DNA of 64,000 bases from contig CAYVNO010000003.1 of assembly GCA_964452935.1 (NCBI GenBank), forward strand, positions 18,163 through 82,162, read 5' to 3'. The stretch comes from an uncultured Methanosarcinales archaeon. GTDB lineage: Archaea > Nanobdellota > Nanobdellia > Woesearchaeales > DSVV01. Each line of letters opens with the position of its first letter. Positions within the stretch are counted from its first letter, which is position 1. The notes under the pieces were generated by a model. That model was not told where the DNA came from. It searched no databases and worked only from the letters and a program-made list of their open reading frames with translations. This document shows, one piece after another, positions 20,032 through 29,609 of this stretch. The translations under genes and the position numbers were made by a program.

Positions 20032-20496
20032 TTATACCCTTCTCCCTCTTTTTCCACCTTTTTTTCTGCAGCCATCATGAGGTATGGGTGTAACATCCTC
20101 AATTATGCCAATTCTTAGGCCCATTCTTGATATTGCTCTAACAGCTGCTTGAGCTCCTGGCCCAGGATTAGTCGGACCATTATGTCCTCCTCTTGCCCTT
20201 ATCTTAACATGTATAGCATTAATTCCTCTTTCTTTTGCAGTTTCAGCTGCTCTTTTAGCAGCAGTCATTGCTGCAGTAGGAGAACTTTCCATTCTATGTG
20301 CTTTCACAACTTGTCCTCCTGAGCATCTAGATATTGTTTCTGATCCTGTTATATCTGTAATATGGATTATTGTATCATTATACGAAGCATAAATATGACA
20401 TAAACCCCATCTCATGGGTCTTCTTTCCCCTCTATTAAAATTGCCACCTTTTCTCTCATAGGTATTATGTTTTTTGAATCCTTTTCTTGCTTCCAT
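20032..20496 (-). CDS. rps11: 30S ribosomal protein S11 (uS11)
   Basis: Conserved uS11 core ([15 protein letters not shown]...GPGAQAA). The start was set at the ATG (20496) just after the S4 stop; the upstream extension in the ORF track overlaps S4. Confidence 0.95.
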   Translation of the reverse strand: MEARKGFKKHNTYERKGGNFNRGERRPMRWGLCHIYASYNDTIIHITDITGSETISRCSGGQVVKAHRMESSPTAAMTAAKRAAETAKERGINAIHVKIRARGGHNGPTNPGPGAQAAVRAISRMGLRIGIIEDVTPIPHDGCRKKGGKRGRRV

Positions 20497-20497
20497 T

Positions 20498-21034
20498 TTA
20501 TTTTTTCTTCTCCACTTTTTCAGGTATTGATCTTTCAGGATGTTCTGAGTTTGACAAACTTGATCTATCCATAAAGCAGATAGTCTCTTCATCACTCACA
20601 GGAACAAGAAAACTTGGTGAATCAATAAGTTTATCTCCAACTTTAACATGTCCATGAACAATAAATTGTCTTGACTGTTTTACAGTTCTTGCAAGTCCTC
20701 TTTTCAATAAGATTGATTGAAGTCTTCTATCTAAAATATCTTTAAGTGTCAAACCAAGAATGTCTTCTATTGATGAACTTTCACTTACTAATCCGTATCT
20801 CTTAAGCTTGTTTACTAGATTCTGTTTTTCAATCTCTGCTTGTTTAGTTGTTGTAACAATAAGTCTCTTTGCTTGCATCTGAGCATTCTTAAGAAATGAT
20901 GCCATTCTCCATACTTCTTTCTTATTCCTTAATCCATAATCTTTTACCAAAGCTTTTTCTTCTTCAATTCTAGCTTTATTCCACGGATGTCCTGGAGTTG
21001 TATATTTTTTCCTTGTTTTTCTTGGATCGCCCAT
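20498..21034 (-). CDS. rps4: 30S ribosomal protein S4 (uS4)
   Basis: 178 aa with an S4 RNA-binding domain ([28 protein letters not shown]). Confidence 0.95.
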   Translation of the reverse strand: MGDPRKTRKKYTTPGHPWNKARIEEEKALVKDYGLRNKKEVWRMASFLKNAQMQAKRLIVTTTKQAEIEKQNLVNKLKRYGLVSESSSIEDILGLTLKDILDRRLQSILLKRGLARTVKQSRQFIVHGHVKVGDKLIDSPSFLVPVSDEETICFMDRSSLSNSEHPERSIPEKVEKKK

Positions 21035-21040
21035 TTTTTA

Positions 21041-21526
21041 TCACTTTTTCTTCTTACTTTGTGCCGGTTTTGCTCTTTTTACACCAACAGCCTTTCCTTT
21101 ACTCTTTCTGAAATTTGATCTTGTTCTTTGACCTCTAACAGGTAAGCCCCATGAATGTCTTAGTCCTCTATTAGATTTTATTTTTTGTAATCTTCTTAAA
21201 TCATTATCTTGAACATATTTTAAATCAGGCCCTAATAAGTGTTTATCTTCTCCGGTCTCATAATCTTTTCTTCTATTAAACATCCATGAAGGAGTTCCAG
21301 CCACTTTTGGATTCTCAATAACTTTTTGTATCTGTTCAATCTCTTGATCCATTAGCTCTCCTGTCTTCTTTCTTTTATTAACTCCTGCTAATTTACATAC
21401 CATATTTGCATAAACAGGACCAACGCCTTTTATTTTCAACATAGAATTACCAATTGATCTATTTCCATCTAGATCTGTGTTAGCTATCCTAACAATATAC
21501 CTGAAATTTGACTTTTCTTCTGCCAT
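21041..21526 (-). CDS. rps13: 30S ribosomal protein S13 (uS13)
   Basis: Typical uS13 sequence (FRYIVRIANTDLDG...). The start was set at MAEEKSN (ATG 21526) rather than the track start 21550. Confidence 0.95.
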   Translation of the reverse strand: MAEEKSNFRYIVRIANTDLDGNRSIGNSMLKIKGVGPVYANMVCKLAGVNKRKKTGELMDQEIEQIQKVIENPKVAGTPSWMFNRRKDYETGEDKHLLGPDLKYVQDNDLRRLQKIKSNRGLRHSWGLPVRGQRTRSNFRKSKGKAVGVKRAKPAQSKKKK

Positions 21527-21552
21527 ATTATTATACACCTTGCACTTCATAT

Positions 21553-21596
21553 AGTCATAAGAATTAATAGGTTTGCCCTAAATACGCCTTATGACT
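21553..21596 (-). promoter_or_regulatory. Leader hairpin upstream of the S13 r-protein/RNAP operon
   Basis: A 9-bp perfect stem AGTCATAAG/CTTATGACT with a 26-nt loop. It lies between a TATA-like CATTTATAAATG and the S13 start on the minus strand. Confidence 0.3.
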
Positions 21597-21650
21597 CGGG
21601 TTAATAGGATGGATTAATATATCATTTATAAATGTTACCATTATTTCCCT

Positions 21651-21763
21651 CTACTGTAACGCTAGTGCCAAGCGGAGTTCATGGGAATAATAGCACTTAA
21701 GCTAAAAGTTACTGACAATATGTGTTCAATACATAGACACGAAGCGCACTAGCGTTACTAGTA
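21651..21763. other. Long-helix-closed intergenic element E2
   Basis: CTACTGTAACGCTAGTGC (21651-21668) pairs with GCACTAGCGTTACTAG (21746-21761), giving a 13-bp perfect core. The interior is about 77 nt. Confidence 0.3.
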
Positions 21764-21797
21764 AAACTACAAGAAAAATAGAAAAAAGAAGGAAAAA

Positions 21798-22289
21798 TTA
21801 AGTTCTTTTTGCTCTTAATATCCCTTTGACACTATGTACTAAAGATGTATCTATATTTGTATATGACACATCAATGTTTGCTTCAAGATCCCCAGATATT
21901 GCCATGTCTCCTCCGCAAACTATAGTGAATATAGCTTTCTCAGAAGGTTGGAATGGTGTAGTTGCAGTTAAATCAACAGAGTTATTACCCATAAGATTCA
22001 CACTTGTAACAGACAAAGTTGAACAATCTCCATCTCCAGTAATTGTTGCTCCAACATAATTCACAGGAATTCCTAAATCATTCTTAATAGCAAACTGAAT
22101 TTGTCCAGTATTAAAGTTTACAACAGGCTTATCAATGCAATCAAAACCAGCTACAAAAGCACATTTATCAGGCAATAACTGCCCAGGTTGAAGAATCCCA
22201 AAATAAGCTACAGCACCAATAGCTGCTAATACCACTAGAATTGCCCAGCCATAAGTCATCAGAAACTCCATAGCTGCCTGTCCTTTCAT
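21798..22289 (-). CDS. Archaeal type IV pilin (class III signal peptide), paralog 1
   Basis: Starts MKGQAAMEFLMTYGWAILVVLAAIGAVAYF, a class III signal of the form K-G/Q plus a hydrophobic helix. The start was set at the internal ATG 22289. It aligns along its whole length with the next ORF. Confidence 0.75.
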   Translation of the reverse strand: MKGQAAMEFLMTYGWAILVVLAAIGAVAYFGILQPGQLLPDKCAFVAGFDCIDKPVVNFNTGQIQFAIKNDLGIPVNYVGATITGDGDCSTLSVTSVNLMGNNSVDLTATTPFQPSEKAIFTIVCGGDMAISGDLEANIDVSYTNIDTSLVHSVKGILRAKRT

Positions 22290-22454
22290 TTGAAAATGTA
22301 ATTTTCTAATGTGCTCCAAAATCTTTGATTTTAGACATTTTAACATAATAATCACCTCTTTAAATATAATATAGAATTTATTGAAGTATTTATATATAAA
22401 TCTTGCTATTTAGTCATGACAAAAATAGAAAGATAAAAAAAATTAAAAATTTAT

Positions 22455-22949
22455 TTATGGTCTCTTTGCTCTCAATGCGCCTTTTGCAGTGTGTGTTAAC
22501 GATGTTTCTGTATTAACATATGTTAACTCAATATCACTTTCAAAGTCACCTGAGATACCTGATCCGCCGCCGCATGCAAATGTTACGGTTGCTTTTCCAC
22601 CTTGTTGGAGATCAGTGGTTCCTGTATAATCCAATGATGTGTTTACTGGATCAGTTACACTTGTTAATGATATAGTTTCACAATCACCGTCTCCTGTAAG
22701 TGTTGCTCCAATTGTATCAATTGGATAACCAACATCATTCCTGATAGCTAACTGTACAACACCTGTATCAAAGTTTACAACTGGTTTATCAACACAGTCA
22801 AAACTTGCAGGGAATGTACATTTATCAGGTAACAACTGACCTGGGTTTAACACACCGAAGTAAGCTAATGCACCAATTGCTGCCAATACTACTAGTATTG
22901 CCCAGCCGTAAGTCATCAGAAACTCCATAGCTGCTTGACCTTTTCTCAC
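22455..22949 (-). CDS. Archaeal type IV pilin (class III signal peptide), paralog 2
   Basis: Has (M)RKGQAAMEFLMTYGWAILVVLAAIGALAYF. A GTG at 22949 is preceded by GAGGTGAT. It shares Cys positions and a C-terminal ...GxLRAKR with paralog 1. Confidence 0.75.
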   Translation of the reverse strand: MRKGQAAMEFLMTYGWAILVVLAAIGALAYFGVLNPGQLLPDKCTFPASFDCVDKPVVNFDTGVVQLAIRNDVGYPIDTIGATLTGDGDCETISLTSVTDPVNTSLDYTGTTDLQQGGKATVTFACGGGSGISGDFESDIELTYVNTETSLTHTAKGALRAKRP

Positions 22950-23074
22950 AAATATCACCTCTTTTTTATACACTAATTAGCACGATATCATGCTTTTAAA
23001 CTATCTAACGTCATTTATCAACTACTTACTATATAAATGTTTCGATTATATATAGTAGTAGGGTATTTTGTATA

Positions 23075-24622
23075 CTAAAACATTCCGCCAAGCATTAAAC
23101 CAAGTATAAAATACCCGATTAGGTACGTAACTTGAGAAGTCACAATGAATATAGGGATATAATGTGCAGTCTCTTTAATATTGCCCTTTGTAATCGTTCC
23201 TACAATCATACTAGAGAATATTGCAGTTAATAATAAACTAACTCTTGAAAACCACTTATAATCACCTAGATTAATCCCTCCTTCTGTACTAACAGATAAC
23301 ATAAATGATCCTCCAGCAGTACTAGTTGTGTCCAAGTTGGCAGTAATACTATTAACAACTATCAACAAATGAGTTGATAAAGCAAACAACACAGGGGCAG
23401 CAACAATTGATGCAAACCCAATAAATATGACATATGTTGTAACATTCGCACTCATCTCTTTTTTCATCGAAGAAATCTCTTGTATGTTAATAGAAATTTT
23501 ATTTAATAAATCTCCAACATCTCCTCCTGCCTCTACTCCTTCAATAAGAATATCAATAGATCTTTTTAATATTGTAGAATCATATTTATTAGCAAATAAT
23601 TTTAAACTATCTTTCAAAGGTTCCCCACTCAATGTTCTTTTTGCAACCTCTTCAATCTCTTTAGCTAAAACACCAAATCTTGGCCTAACTGCAAACCACA
23701 ACGCTCTATCAATAGTCATCCCTGCCCGAATATTGGATGATGTAAGCTGTAAAAAATCAGGCAAAACTGCCTCAATGGCCAATCTTCTCTTGAATATTCT
23801 AATATCTACATAAATAACAAACGCCATCCATAAAACAATCAATGTAATTAAAAATACAGGAACCCAGATTATTACAGCAATTGCTATAACATATTTTATT
23901 GATTCTGCACTATGTGTGATAGAAAAATAAGCTAACTGATAAACTGTTATAATTCCCATCAAAATAATAACTAATCTAAAGATGTGTTTTGAAGCATGAT
24001 AAAAATCAAACGCATAATCTGCTTTTTCAAAATACCCATGCATCCTTCTAATCCTATCATGTTTAGTTATCTTTTGTTTTTGTACCTCAAATTTAATCTC
24101 TTTTTCTTCCTCTTCTTTATTTTCTCCTTTTTTCTTAAACATCCCTGCAACTTTTGCTACAACAGATTTCCTCCATAAAATTGGCTTCACTTCTTTCTTC
24201 ATGTCTTTTTCTTCATCACCTCCCTTAACAATGTTGTGAAGTCTACTCAACTCTTTCTTTAATTTGATCTTTCTTAAATCCAAATAAAAGAAAAATCCCA
24301 TCCACAACAACAGCAAAAACAAAACAAATGAGAGAATCCAAACAACTCCTACATAAACAGCAATATCTAAATAAGATTCAACACCTTCCATCATAAAAAA
24401 ATAAATCTCAAAGAGAGTTAGTGTCATGCTTAAAGCAATATCAGTAGATAATATTGCTTTTGAAACTTGGTCTGTTGTTAAAGGCAAACCTGCAGCATCA
24501 ATCATATGCTGTAATTTATCTCTACCAGCCTGCATCCTAGTGGGGGAAATAGCATTGAAAAACCTCCCAAAAAGTTTATACACATTATTCTCTTTATCTA
24601 TCTTTATCATTTTACATCTCAA
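23075..24622 (-). CDS. Type II secretion system F-domain membrane protein (FlaJ/TadC-like platform, large half)
   Basis: 515 aa, polytopic. Has a T2SSF-like block LPDFLQLTSSNIRAGMTIDRAL...GGDVGDLL. Confidence 0.8.
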   Translation of the reverse strand: MRCKMIKIDKENNVYKLFGRFFNAISPTRMQAGRDKLQHMIDAAGLPLTTDQVSKAILSTDIALSMTLTLFEIYFFMMEGVESYLDIAVYVGVVWILSFVLFLLLLWMGFFFYLDLRKIKLKKELSRLHNIVKGGDEEKDMKKEVKPILWRKSVVAKVAGMFKKKGENKEEEEKEIKFEVQKQKITKHDRIRRMHGYFEKADYAFDFYHASKHIFRLVIILMGIITVYQLAYFSITHSAESIKYVIAIAVIIWVPVFLITLIVLWMAFVIYVDIRIFKRRLAIEAVLPDFLQLTSSNIRAGMTIDRALWFAVRPRFGVLAKEIEEVAKRTLSGEPLKDSLKLFANKYDSTILKRSIDILIEGVEAGGDVGDLLNKISINIQEISSMKKEMSANVTTYVIFIGFASIVAAPVLFALSTHLLIVVNSITANLDTTSTAGGSFMLSVSTEGGINLGDYKWFSRVSLLLTAIFSSMIVGTITKGNIKETAHYIPIFIVTSQVTYLIGYFILGLMLGGMF

Positions 24623-25427
24623 CCGCCGGTCTAGAAGATTTTATGGCCGCATAAAACATGAATTGCAAAAACGCAATCAATCCAGCAAGTGTTAACAAAA
24701 ACGGAAGTCTTAACTCAAGACCAATAAATACAGCAAATATAATTAACATAGTTATACCTAAAGATGGAATAATAACAGCAATCATCATATAAAACATTGC
24801 CAAAGGATTTAATTTTCTACCATACTGTTCTACTTCAATTTGTTGTTCTTTTATAATCTGATTTAATGTTGCATTAAGAGAACCTTCAACATCTGCTCCA
24901 GTTCTAATAGAATTCAAAAGCTGCCAAAATATTCTTCTTAAACTATCGGATGGCACTAACTCTCCGACCTCACTAAGGGCATCCTCAAAACTAGTACCTA
25001 AATTAACTTTATCAACTATGGCTTTAAAATATCTTCCAATCTCTTTATATTCTCTTGCGATATTAACAAACACATCATAAATTGGCACACCACTTCCAAC
25101 TTCAATAAGTAAAAACCTAGTCGCAAAAACAATCTCCTTATTAACTGCTTTCTCTTTTTGTCTAATCTTAAAATCAGGAAACTTAAGTAGATAAAAAGTC
25201 ATTACAGTAAAACCAATCGGAAATAAAAGAAAAAGAAATTTTATTGAGATCTCTAAGGAATGTAACACTGGGGCAAGAAACAAAATAAAAAAACCAAACG
25301 ATATCATAAACGAAGTCATTATAGTTTTTTTAATAAAAACATGAGGTGAATCACTCATCTCTGCTTGAGCAAGTTTAAATTTTAGATTAGGCATACTAAG
25401 AGCTATCTTTCTATAAATAACATTCAT
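24612..25427 (-). CDS. Type II secretion system F-domain membrane protein (FlaJ/TadB-like platform, small half)
   Basis: 271 aa. Has a T2SSF-like block FATRFLLIEVGSGVPIYDVF...IRTGADVEGSL. It overlaps the downstream gene by 11 nt. Confidence 0.8.
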   Translation of the reverse strand: MNVIYRKIALSMPNLKFKLAQAEMSDSPHVFIKKTIMTSFMISFGFFILFLAPVLHSLEISIKFLFLLFPIGFTVMTFYLLKFPDFKIRQKEKAVNKEIVFATRFLLIEVGSGVPIYDVFVNIAREYKEIGRYFKAIVDKVNLGTSFEDALSEVGELVPSDSLRRIFWQLLNSIRTGADVEGSLNATLNQIIKEQQIEVEQYGRKLNPLAMFYMMIAVIIPSLGITMLIIFAVFIGLELRLPFLLTLAGLIAFLQFMFYAAIKSSRPAVEM

Positions 25428-25492
25428 TACTTGTTCACCCCTTCTTTAATCGTTTGTGTCACACCCATCCTTAATGTAGGGGCGGGACACGA

Positions 25493-27133
25493 TTATAACC
25501 CTTCTCTAAAATCTGCAGGAACCTTATTTGACCTAACTAATTTCATTAAGTTACTCTGATTAGTATAATATTCTGCCATTACTCTTCCTACTTGATCTAC
25601 TCCTTCTAAATTATTTTTTACAAGGTATTTTAACACATCAGATTTCCCATGAAGTGCCTTCTTAATTTCTTTTGGAGTATCACCTGTGTATAATTGAAGA
25701 GTACTTAACAATGATTTTGATTTATTTGTATTCACTAACACGTCCTTTTTTGCATTATACTGCATAAGTAAATTTGTTCTTGAATCAGGTAGAATTTCTG
25801 CAACCTGGAACGTCCTTCTGATACCTGATCTTCTATTTCTGAACTGTACAATTACCATAGAGATTGCAGGCAATAGTGATTCAGGAACATTAATCGGCGG
25901 ATGAGTTAATCTATTAATGGTCTCGTTTACATTATTAGCGTGGAACGTTGCATAACAACTATGGCCTGTATGAATAGCTTCAAATAATGTTTCTGCTTGT
26001 TTCTGTCTTCTAATCTCACCAACTAAAATTCTATCTGGTCTCATTCTTAATGAATTAACTAACAAATCTTCCATAGAAACTTCTCCCTTTCCTTCAGGAT
26101 TTGGTTGTCTAGTCTGCATAGGTACCCAATGTAAAAATTTTGGAAGTCTCAACTCCCTAGTATCTTCAATAGAAACAACTCTCTGATTAGGTGGAATAAA
26201 ACTTGCAAGTACATTTAATGTAGAAGTTTTACCTGAAGCAGTTCCTCCGGTTATCAAAGCACTCATCTCATACTGCATAGCCATCCATATTAATGCAGCA
26301 GAATCCACACTTATTGTTCTGAATTTTAAAAACTTAGTAATTGTAAACGGATCTCTGGAAAACATTCTTATTGTTATTGTGTTTCCTCCTGAAGAAATAG
26401 GCATCAATGTAGCATTAACCCTATCTCCTTGTCCCAAATGAGCATCTAACAATGGCTCTAAGACTGTTAACTGTCTTCCAACTTTTCTCCCAATCATAGA
26501 TGCATAATTCTTTATCTGATCTTCATTCTCTATCTTTAATGTTGTTTTCAACCATCCATGTTTTTTATGATAAACCCAAATATACTCTCCTGCAGAGTTA
26601 ATAGTTATCTCTTCTAACTTAACATCATGCATAAGGATATCAATAGAACCAAGACCTAAACTTTTCTGTGCAAGGTATGTTGTCAAATATTTCCTTGTTG
26701 CTTCATCGACATCTGGAAAATACTTCTGGATAAGGACATAAATTGCGTCATGAAATTTCTCATCAACAACATTTGTTTTTTTCAACTCAGTTATATCGAT
26801 CATGCCCAAACTTACTTCACTAACTAACTTCTTCCTTATTCTCTCAAGAATCATCTCTGTTGTTTTAGAAATACTTGCAATATGAACACTATATGTTGGA
26901 ACAAACTCGTTAGGTTTTAAAATAACCTTAATATTTATCGGCATATTATCAGAATTAAAGGAATATTCATCAATAACCTTTTCTTTATTTACTCCACCTT
27001 GTTTTCCAACAGCTTTTACCTTCCTGACAACCACTACCTTCTTCTTTGATTTAATCTTTACTTTCTTCTTTCTTTTAACAGTCTTACCCTTAGTTTTTTT
27101 GGGTTTACCCTTACCTCTTTTTTTATTCTTCAC
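25493..27133 (-). CDS. Type IV pilus/archaellum-family assembly ATPase (FlaI/PilB/VirB11 superfamily)
   Basis: Has Walker A GGTASGKTSTLN, SIEDTREL and LVGEIR motifs, plus a Lys-rich N-terminal extension. Length is 546 aa. Confidence 0.9.
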   Translation of the reverse strand: MKNKKRGKGKPKKTKGKTVKRKKKVKIKSKKKVVVVRKVKAVGKQGGVNKEKVIDEYSFNSDNMPINIKVILKPNEFVPTYSVHIASISKTTEMILERIRKKLVSEVSLGMIDITELKKTNVVDEKFHDAIYVLIQKYFPDVDEATRKYLTTYLAQKSLGLGSIDILMHDVKLEEITINSAGEYIWVYHKKHGWLKTTLKIENEDQIKNYASMIGRKVGRQLTVLEPLLDAHLGQGDRVNATLMPISSGGNTITIRMFSRDPFTITKFLKFRTISVDSAALIWMAMQYEMSALITGGTASGKTSTLNVLASFIPPNQRVVSIEDTRELRLPKFLHWVPMQTRQPNPEGKGEVSMEDLLVNSLRMRPDRILVGEIRRQKQAETLFEAIHTGHSCYATFHANNVNETINRLTHPPINVPESLLPAISMVIVQFRNRRSGIRRTFQVAEILPDSRTNLLMQYNAKKDVLVNTNKSKSLLSTLQLYTGDTPKEIKKALHGKSDVLKYLVKNNLEGVDQVGRVMAEYYTNQSNLMKLVRSNKVPADFREGL

Positions 27134-27142
27134 TTTTTGTAC

Positions 27143-28291
27143 CTAAATCTTTCCCGATACAATGCAAACCAATTTAAACAATTTACTTTTTAACGACTTC
27201 TTTTTCTTATCAATCTCGTTAAATCTCTTCTCTAACTCCCTGATATGTTTCTTTACATCTGTACTCTTAGATATTAAGTTAAATGCAACAGCTTTTTTTA
27301 TAAGATCATTTAGATCTTTCTTCATATTATTTCTTTCTGATTCTACTTCTTTAATCATATTCTCAATCTTATTCTTTTTATCAAAGAGTTTCTTAAATCT
27401 AGTAATGACCTTATTATAACTGCCAACTTTCACATCTATCTCATTCTGTTTATCAATTATTTTCCCTAAAACCTCTTTTTTAATATCATTTATTTTCTGT
27501 TTATGTTGTTTACTCTCTTCAACTAAAGGATCAAGAGACCCTTTCCTTTTCTCGATAGTATTTTCTATATTTGTTGCTAATTTTTCTAATTTAGTTATAT
27601 GATTTTCACTTACATCTATTTTCTGATCCTCTTTTTTAATAATCTCTTTTAATCCTTCAATCTGTTTGCTAAATTCTACAACCCTTTTCTTTAATTTCTC
27701 TTCATAATCTTTTAATGAGTCTAAATCCTTTCTTTCTTCCAGCAAATGATCTTTCTCTATATTTATTTTATCTAATAAATCAACATATTTTTTTTGCTCA
27801 GAGAAAACCATCTTATCAAAATCGCCCATCTTTTTCTTAAAGAATTCTTGCTGTTGTGATACTCGTTTATCGACATTTCTCTTAAATTTTTCATAGTCTT
27901 CTAGTTTTACTAATTCATCTTTGACCATCTCGATCTCTTTACCTACCTCTTTTTTCAAATCAGAAAACTGCTCTTTTAAATCAGTCAACCCTTTTGTGTC
28001 TTTATCTAATTTATGAATACTGGATTCAATCTTTCTAACAAATGCATCTTTATTACTGTGGAACTCTTTAGTCTTTGTTACTACCTCTTTTTTGGTTAAC
28101 TTTCTTTCAACAAGAAATGTTTTAGATAGATTATAATCAATACTAATAAGTCCTTCTTCTTCAAGAAAATCAGCCCATTCTTCAACAACTACTTTTGAAA
28201 CACCTAGTTTCTTAGCAGCTTCCCCTATTTCTATCTTCTTCTTGTCTTTGATAATGTGAACTAACTTATCAACACCTGTTTCTATCTTCAT
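27143..28291 (-). CDS. Coiled-coil protein with N-terminal winged-helix-like domain (pilus-locus associated)
   Basis: The N-terminus IGEAAKKLGVSKVVVEEWADFLEEEGLISIDY is followed by about 300 aa of K/E-rich heptad-like sequence. Confidence 0.5.
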   Translation of the reverse strand: MKIETGVDKLVHIIKDKKKIEIGEAAKKLGVSKVVVEEWADFLEEEGLISIDYNLSKTFLVERKLTKKEVVTKTKEFHSNKDAFVRKIESSIHKLDKDTKGLTDLKEQFSDLKKEVGKEIEMVKDELVKLEDYEKFKRNVDKRVSQQQEFFKKKMGDFDKMVFSEQKKYVDLLDKINIEKDHLLEERKDLDSLKDYEEKLKKRVVEFSKQIEGLKEIIKKEDQKIDVSENHITKLEKLATNIENTIEKRKGSLDPLVEESKQHKQKINDIKKEVLGKIIDKQNEIDVKVGSYNKVITRFKKLFDKKNKIENMIKEVESERNNMKKDLNDLIKKAVAFNLISKSTDVKKHIRELEKRFNEIDKKKKSLKSKLFKLVCIVSGKI

Positions 28292-28400
28292 CTATTTCCC
28301 ACCTTCCTTTTATAATAGCATTAATCCTATTAATATCTAATAAAATGAATTTTCTACTATTATTTCAACTATTACCATTTATATATCTTTCTATATTATT

Positions 28401-28544
28401 GGCAAAGTCAACTAATGTGTGGTGGCGTCAGCCGTCACCAGGACCAGCGTTTGCAAATGCAAACCTGGTCGACGCTGACGTGGTCGGGGGACGCCCCCTT
28501 TGGGGTGACCCGTAGCCGCCAAACACACTTAACTTGACTTTGCC
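28401..28544. ncRNA. GC-rich long-helix-closed structured element E3
   Basis: GGCAAAGTCAA...TGTGTGGTGGC pairs with GCCGCCAAACACA...TTGACTTTGCC, about 25 bp with bulges. The core contains the nested hairpin GTCAGC(C)GTC..GACCAG..GTTTG-CAAATG-CAAAC..CTGGTC..GACGCTGAC. It also contains competing GGGGG-ACG-CCCCC and CCCC-TTT-GGGG pairings. It is far more GC-rich than its surroundings. Confidence 0.45.
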
Positions 28545-28613
28545 CAGTATATTAACCTAAATAAGAAATACACCAAACAAAACATATCAATAATCACTCA
28601 GAAGGAGCACCCA

Positions 28614-29609
28614 TCAAGGAATTGCAAGATCTCTAACATCATACAGATCTAAATGTGCATCACTATCATTAATCTGGATATCATCTAACTTAAACCAACT
28701 ATATGTGTTATTAATTAAATAACTGGTTGTGTCTTCACAAGAATCATTAAAATAAACAAAATCAACAATACTGCACTCATCTTTTATAACAATCCCATAA
28801 CCTTCAAGACTCTCAAACTCTTGTAAATTGACAAGACTTTCAATTCCGTACGGAGATGGATCAAGTCTTCCTTCTATCCTATACAAATAACTTGGAGAAA
28901 TATTTGAAGCAATAAACAAAGTGTTACTCATATGGTTGATTAAATTACTCATACCATCATCACCTACAACAAAATCAGTAACATTAGCTCGTTGTATTGT
29001 TTTAATTATTCCTCCATTACTATTAACTAAATATAATGGATCTTCAAAATCAGTTATATCTATATTAGAAATGATTGTACTATTCCTCTGCCACTCTGCA
29101 GTCCCTTTTGTATCTGTTATATTCAACATTACATCAATCTCAATAACAATTCTCCAGGGCGTTTCATGCATAACTCTAATATTCAAGATTTCATACTCTA
29201 AATCAATTAGTAATTCTTCTGCCTTTTCTCCTATTCTTTCTATCCATTCATTCATCTCTGCATCATCAATAACATCTACATAATCTCCATCCATTGTTCC
29301 ATTCATAACCAACTCTTCAAATGTACTATTCAAATTTGTTACAAACTCGCCTGTCTCAGTCATCTGTTGCTGTAACCCGAGCAAAGCCCTAAAAGAAGCA
29401 ATATATAATCCTCTCGAAATATCTCTCTCTAAATCTCCAATAAAATTATCAACAGAGTTTACCCTCGCCTCGACAGGTAATCTTTTTTCTTTTAATCTTG
29501 TTTCTGTTTCAATAGTTAAACCATAAATTACAACTGATAATAATATTATGCTGATGATGGTAAACAAAACCGCTTTTTTATTTTTCATTACTCTCATTTT
29601 TATTGCCAC
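28614..29609 (-). CDS. N-terminally membrane-anchored extracellular protein (possible minor pilin-like)
   Basis: Starts KNKKAVLFTIISIILLSVVIYGL. It overlaps the upstream giant gene by 10 nt. Confidence 0.45.
   Translation of the reverse strand: MAIKMRVMKNKKAVLFTIISIILLSVVIYGLTIETETRLKEKRLPVEARVNSVDNFIGDLERDISRGLYIASFRALLGLQQQMTETGEFVTNLNSTFEELVMNGTMDGDYVDVIDDAEMNEWIERIGEKAEELLIDLEYEILNIRVMHETPWRIVIEIDVMLNITDTKGTAEWQRNSTIISNIDITDFEDPLYLVNSNGGIIKTIQRANVTDFVVGDDGMSNLINHMSNTLFIASNISPSYLYRIEGRLDPSPYGIESLVNLQEFESLEGYGIVIKDECSIVDFVYFNDSCEDTTSYLINNTYSWFKLDDIQINDSDAHLDLYDVRDLAIP

Noticed and set aside
28401-28544. Short ORFs spanning E3 on both strands (41 and 38 codons)
   Set aside because: Both strands are open simply because the element is GC-rich in an AT-rich genome. 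There is no SD and no hydrophobic or other protein-like pattern.
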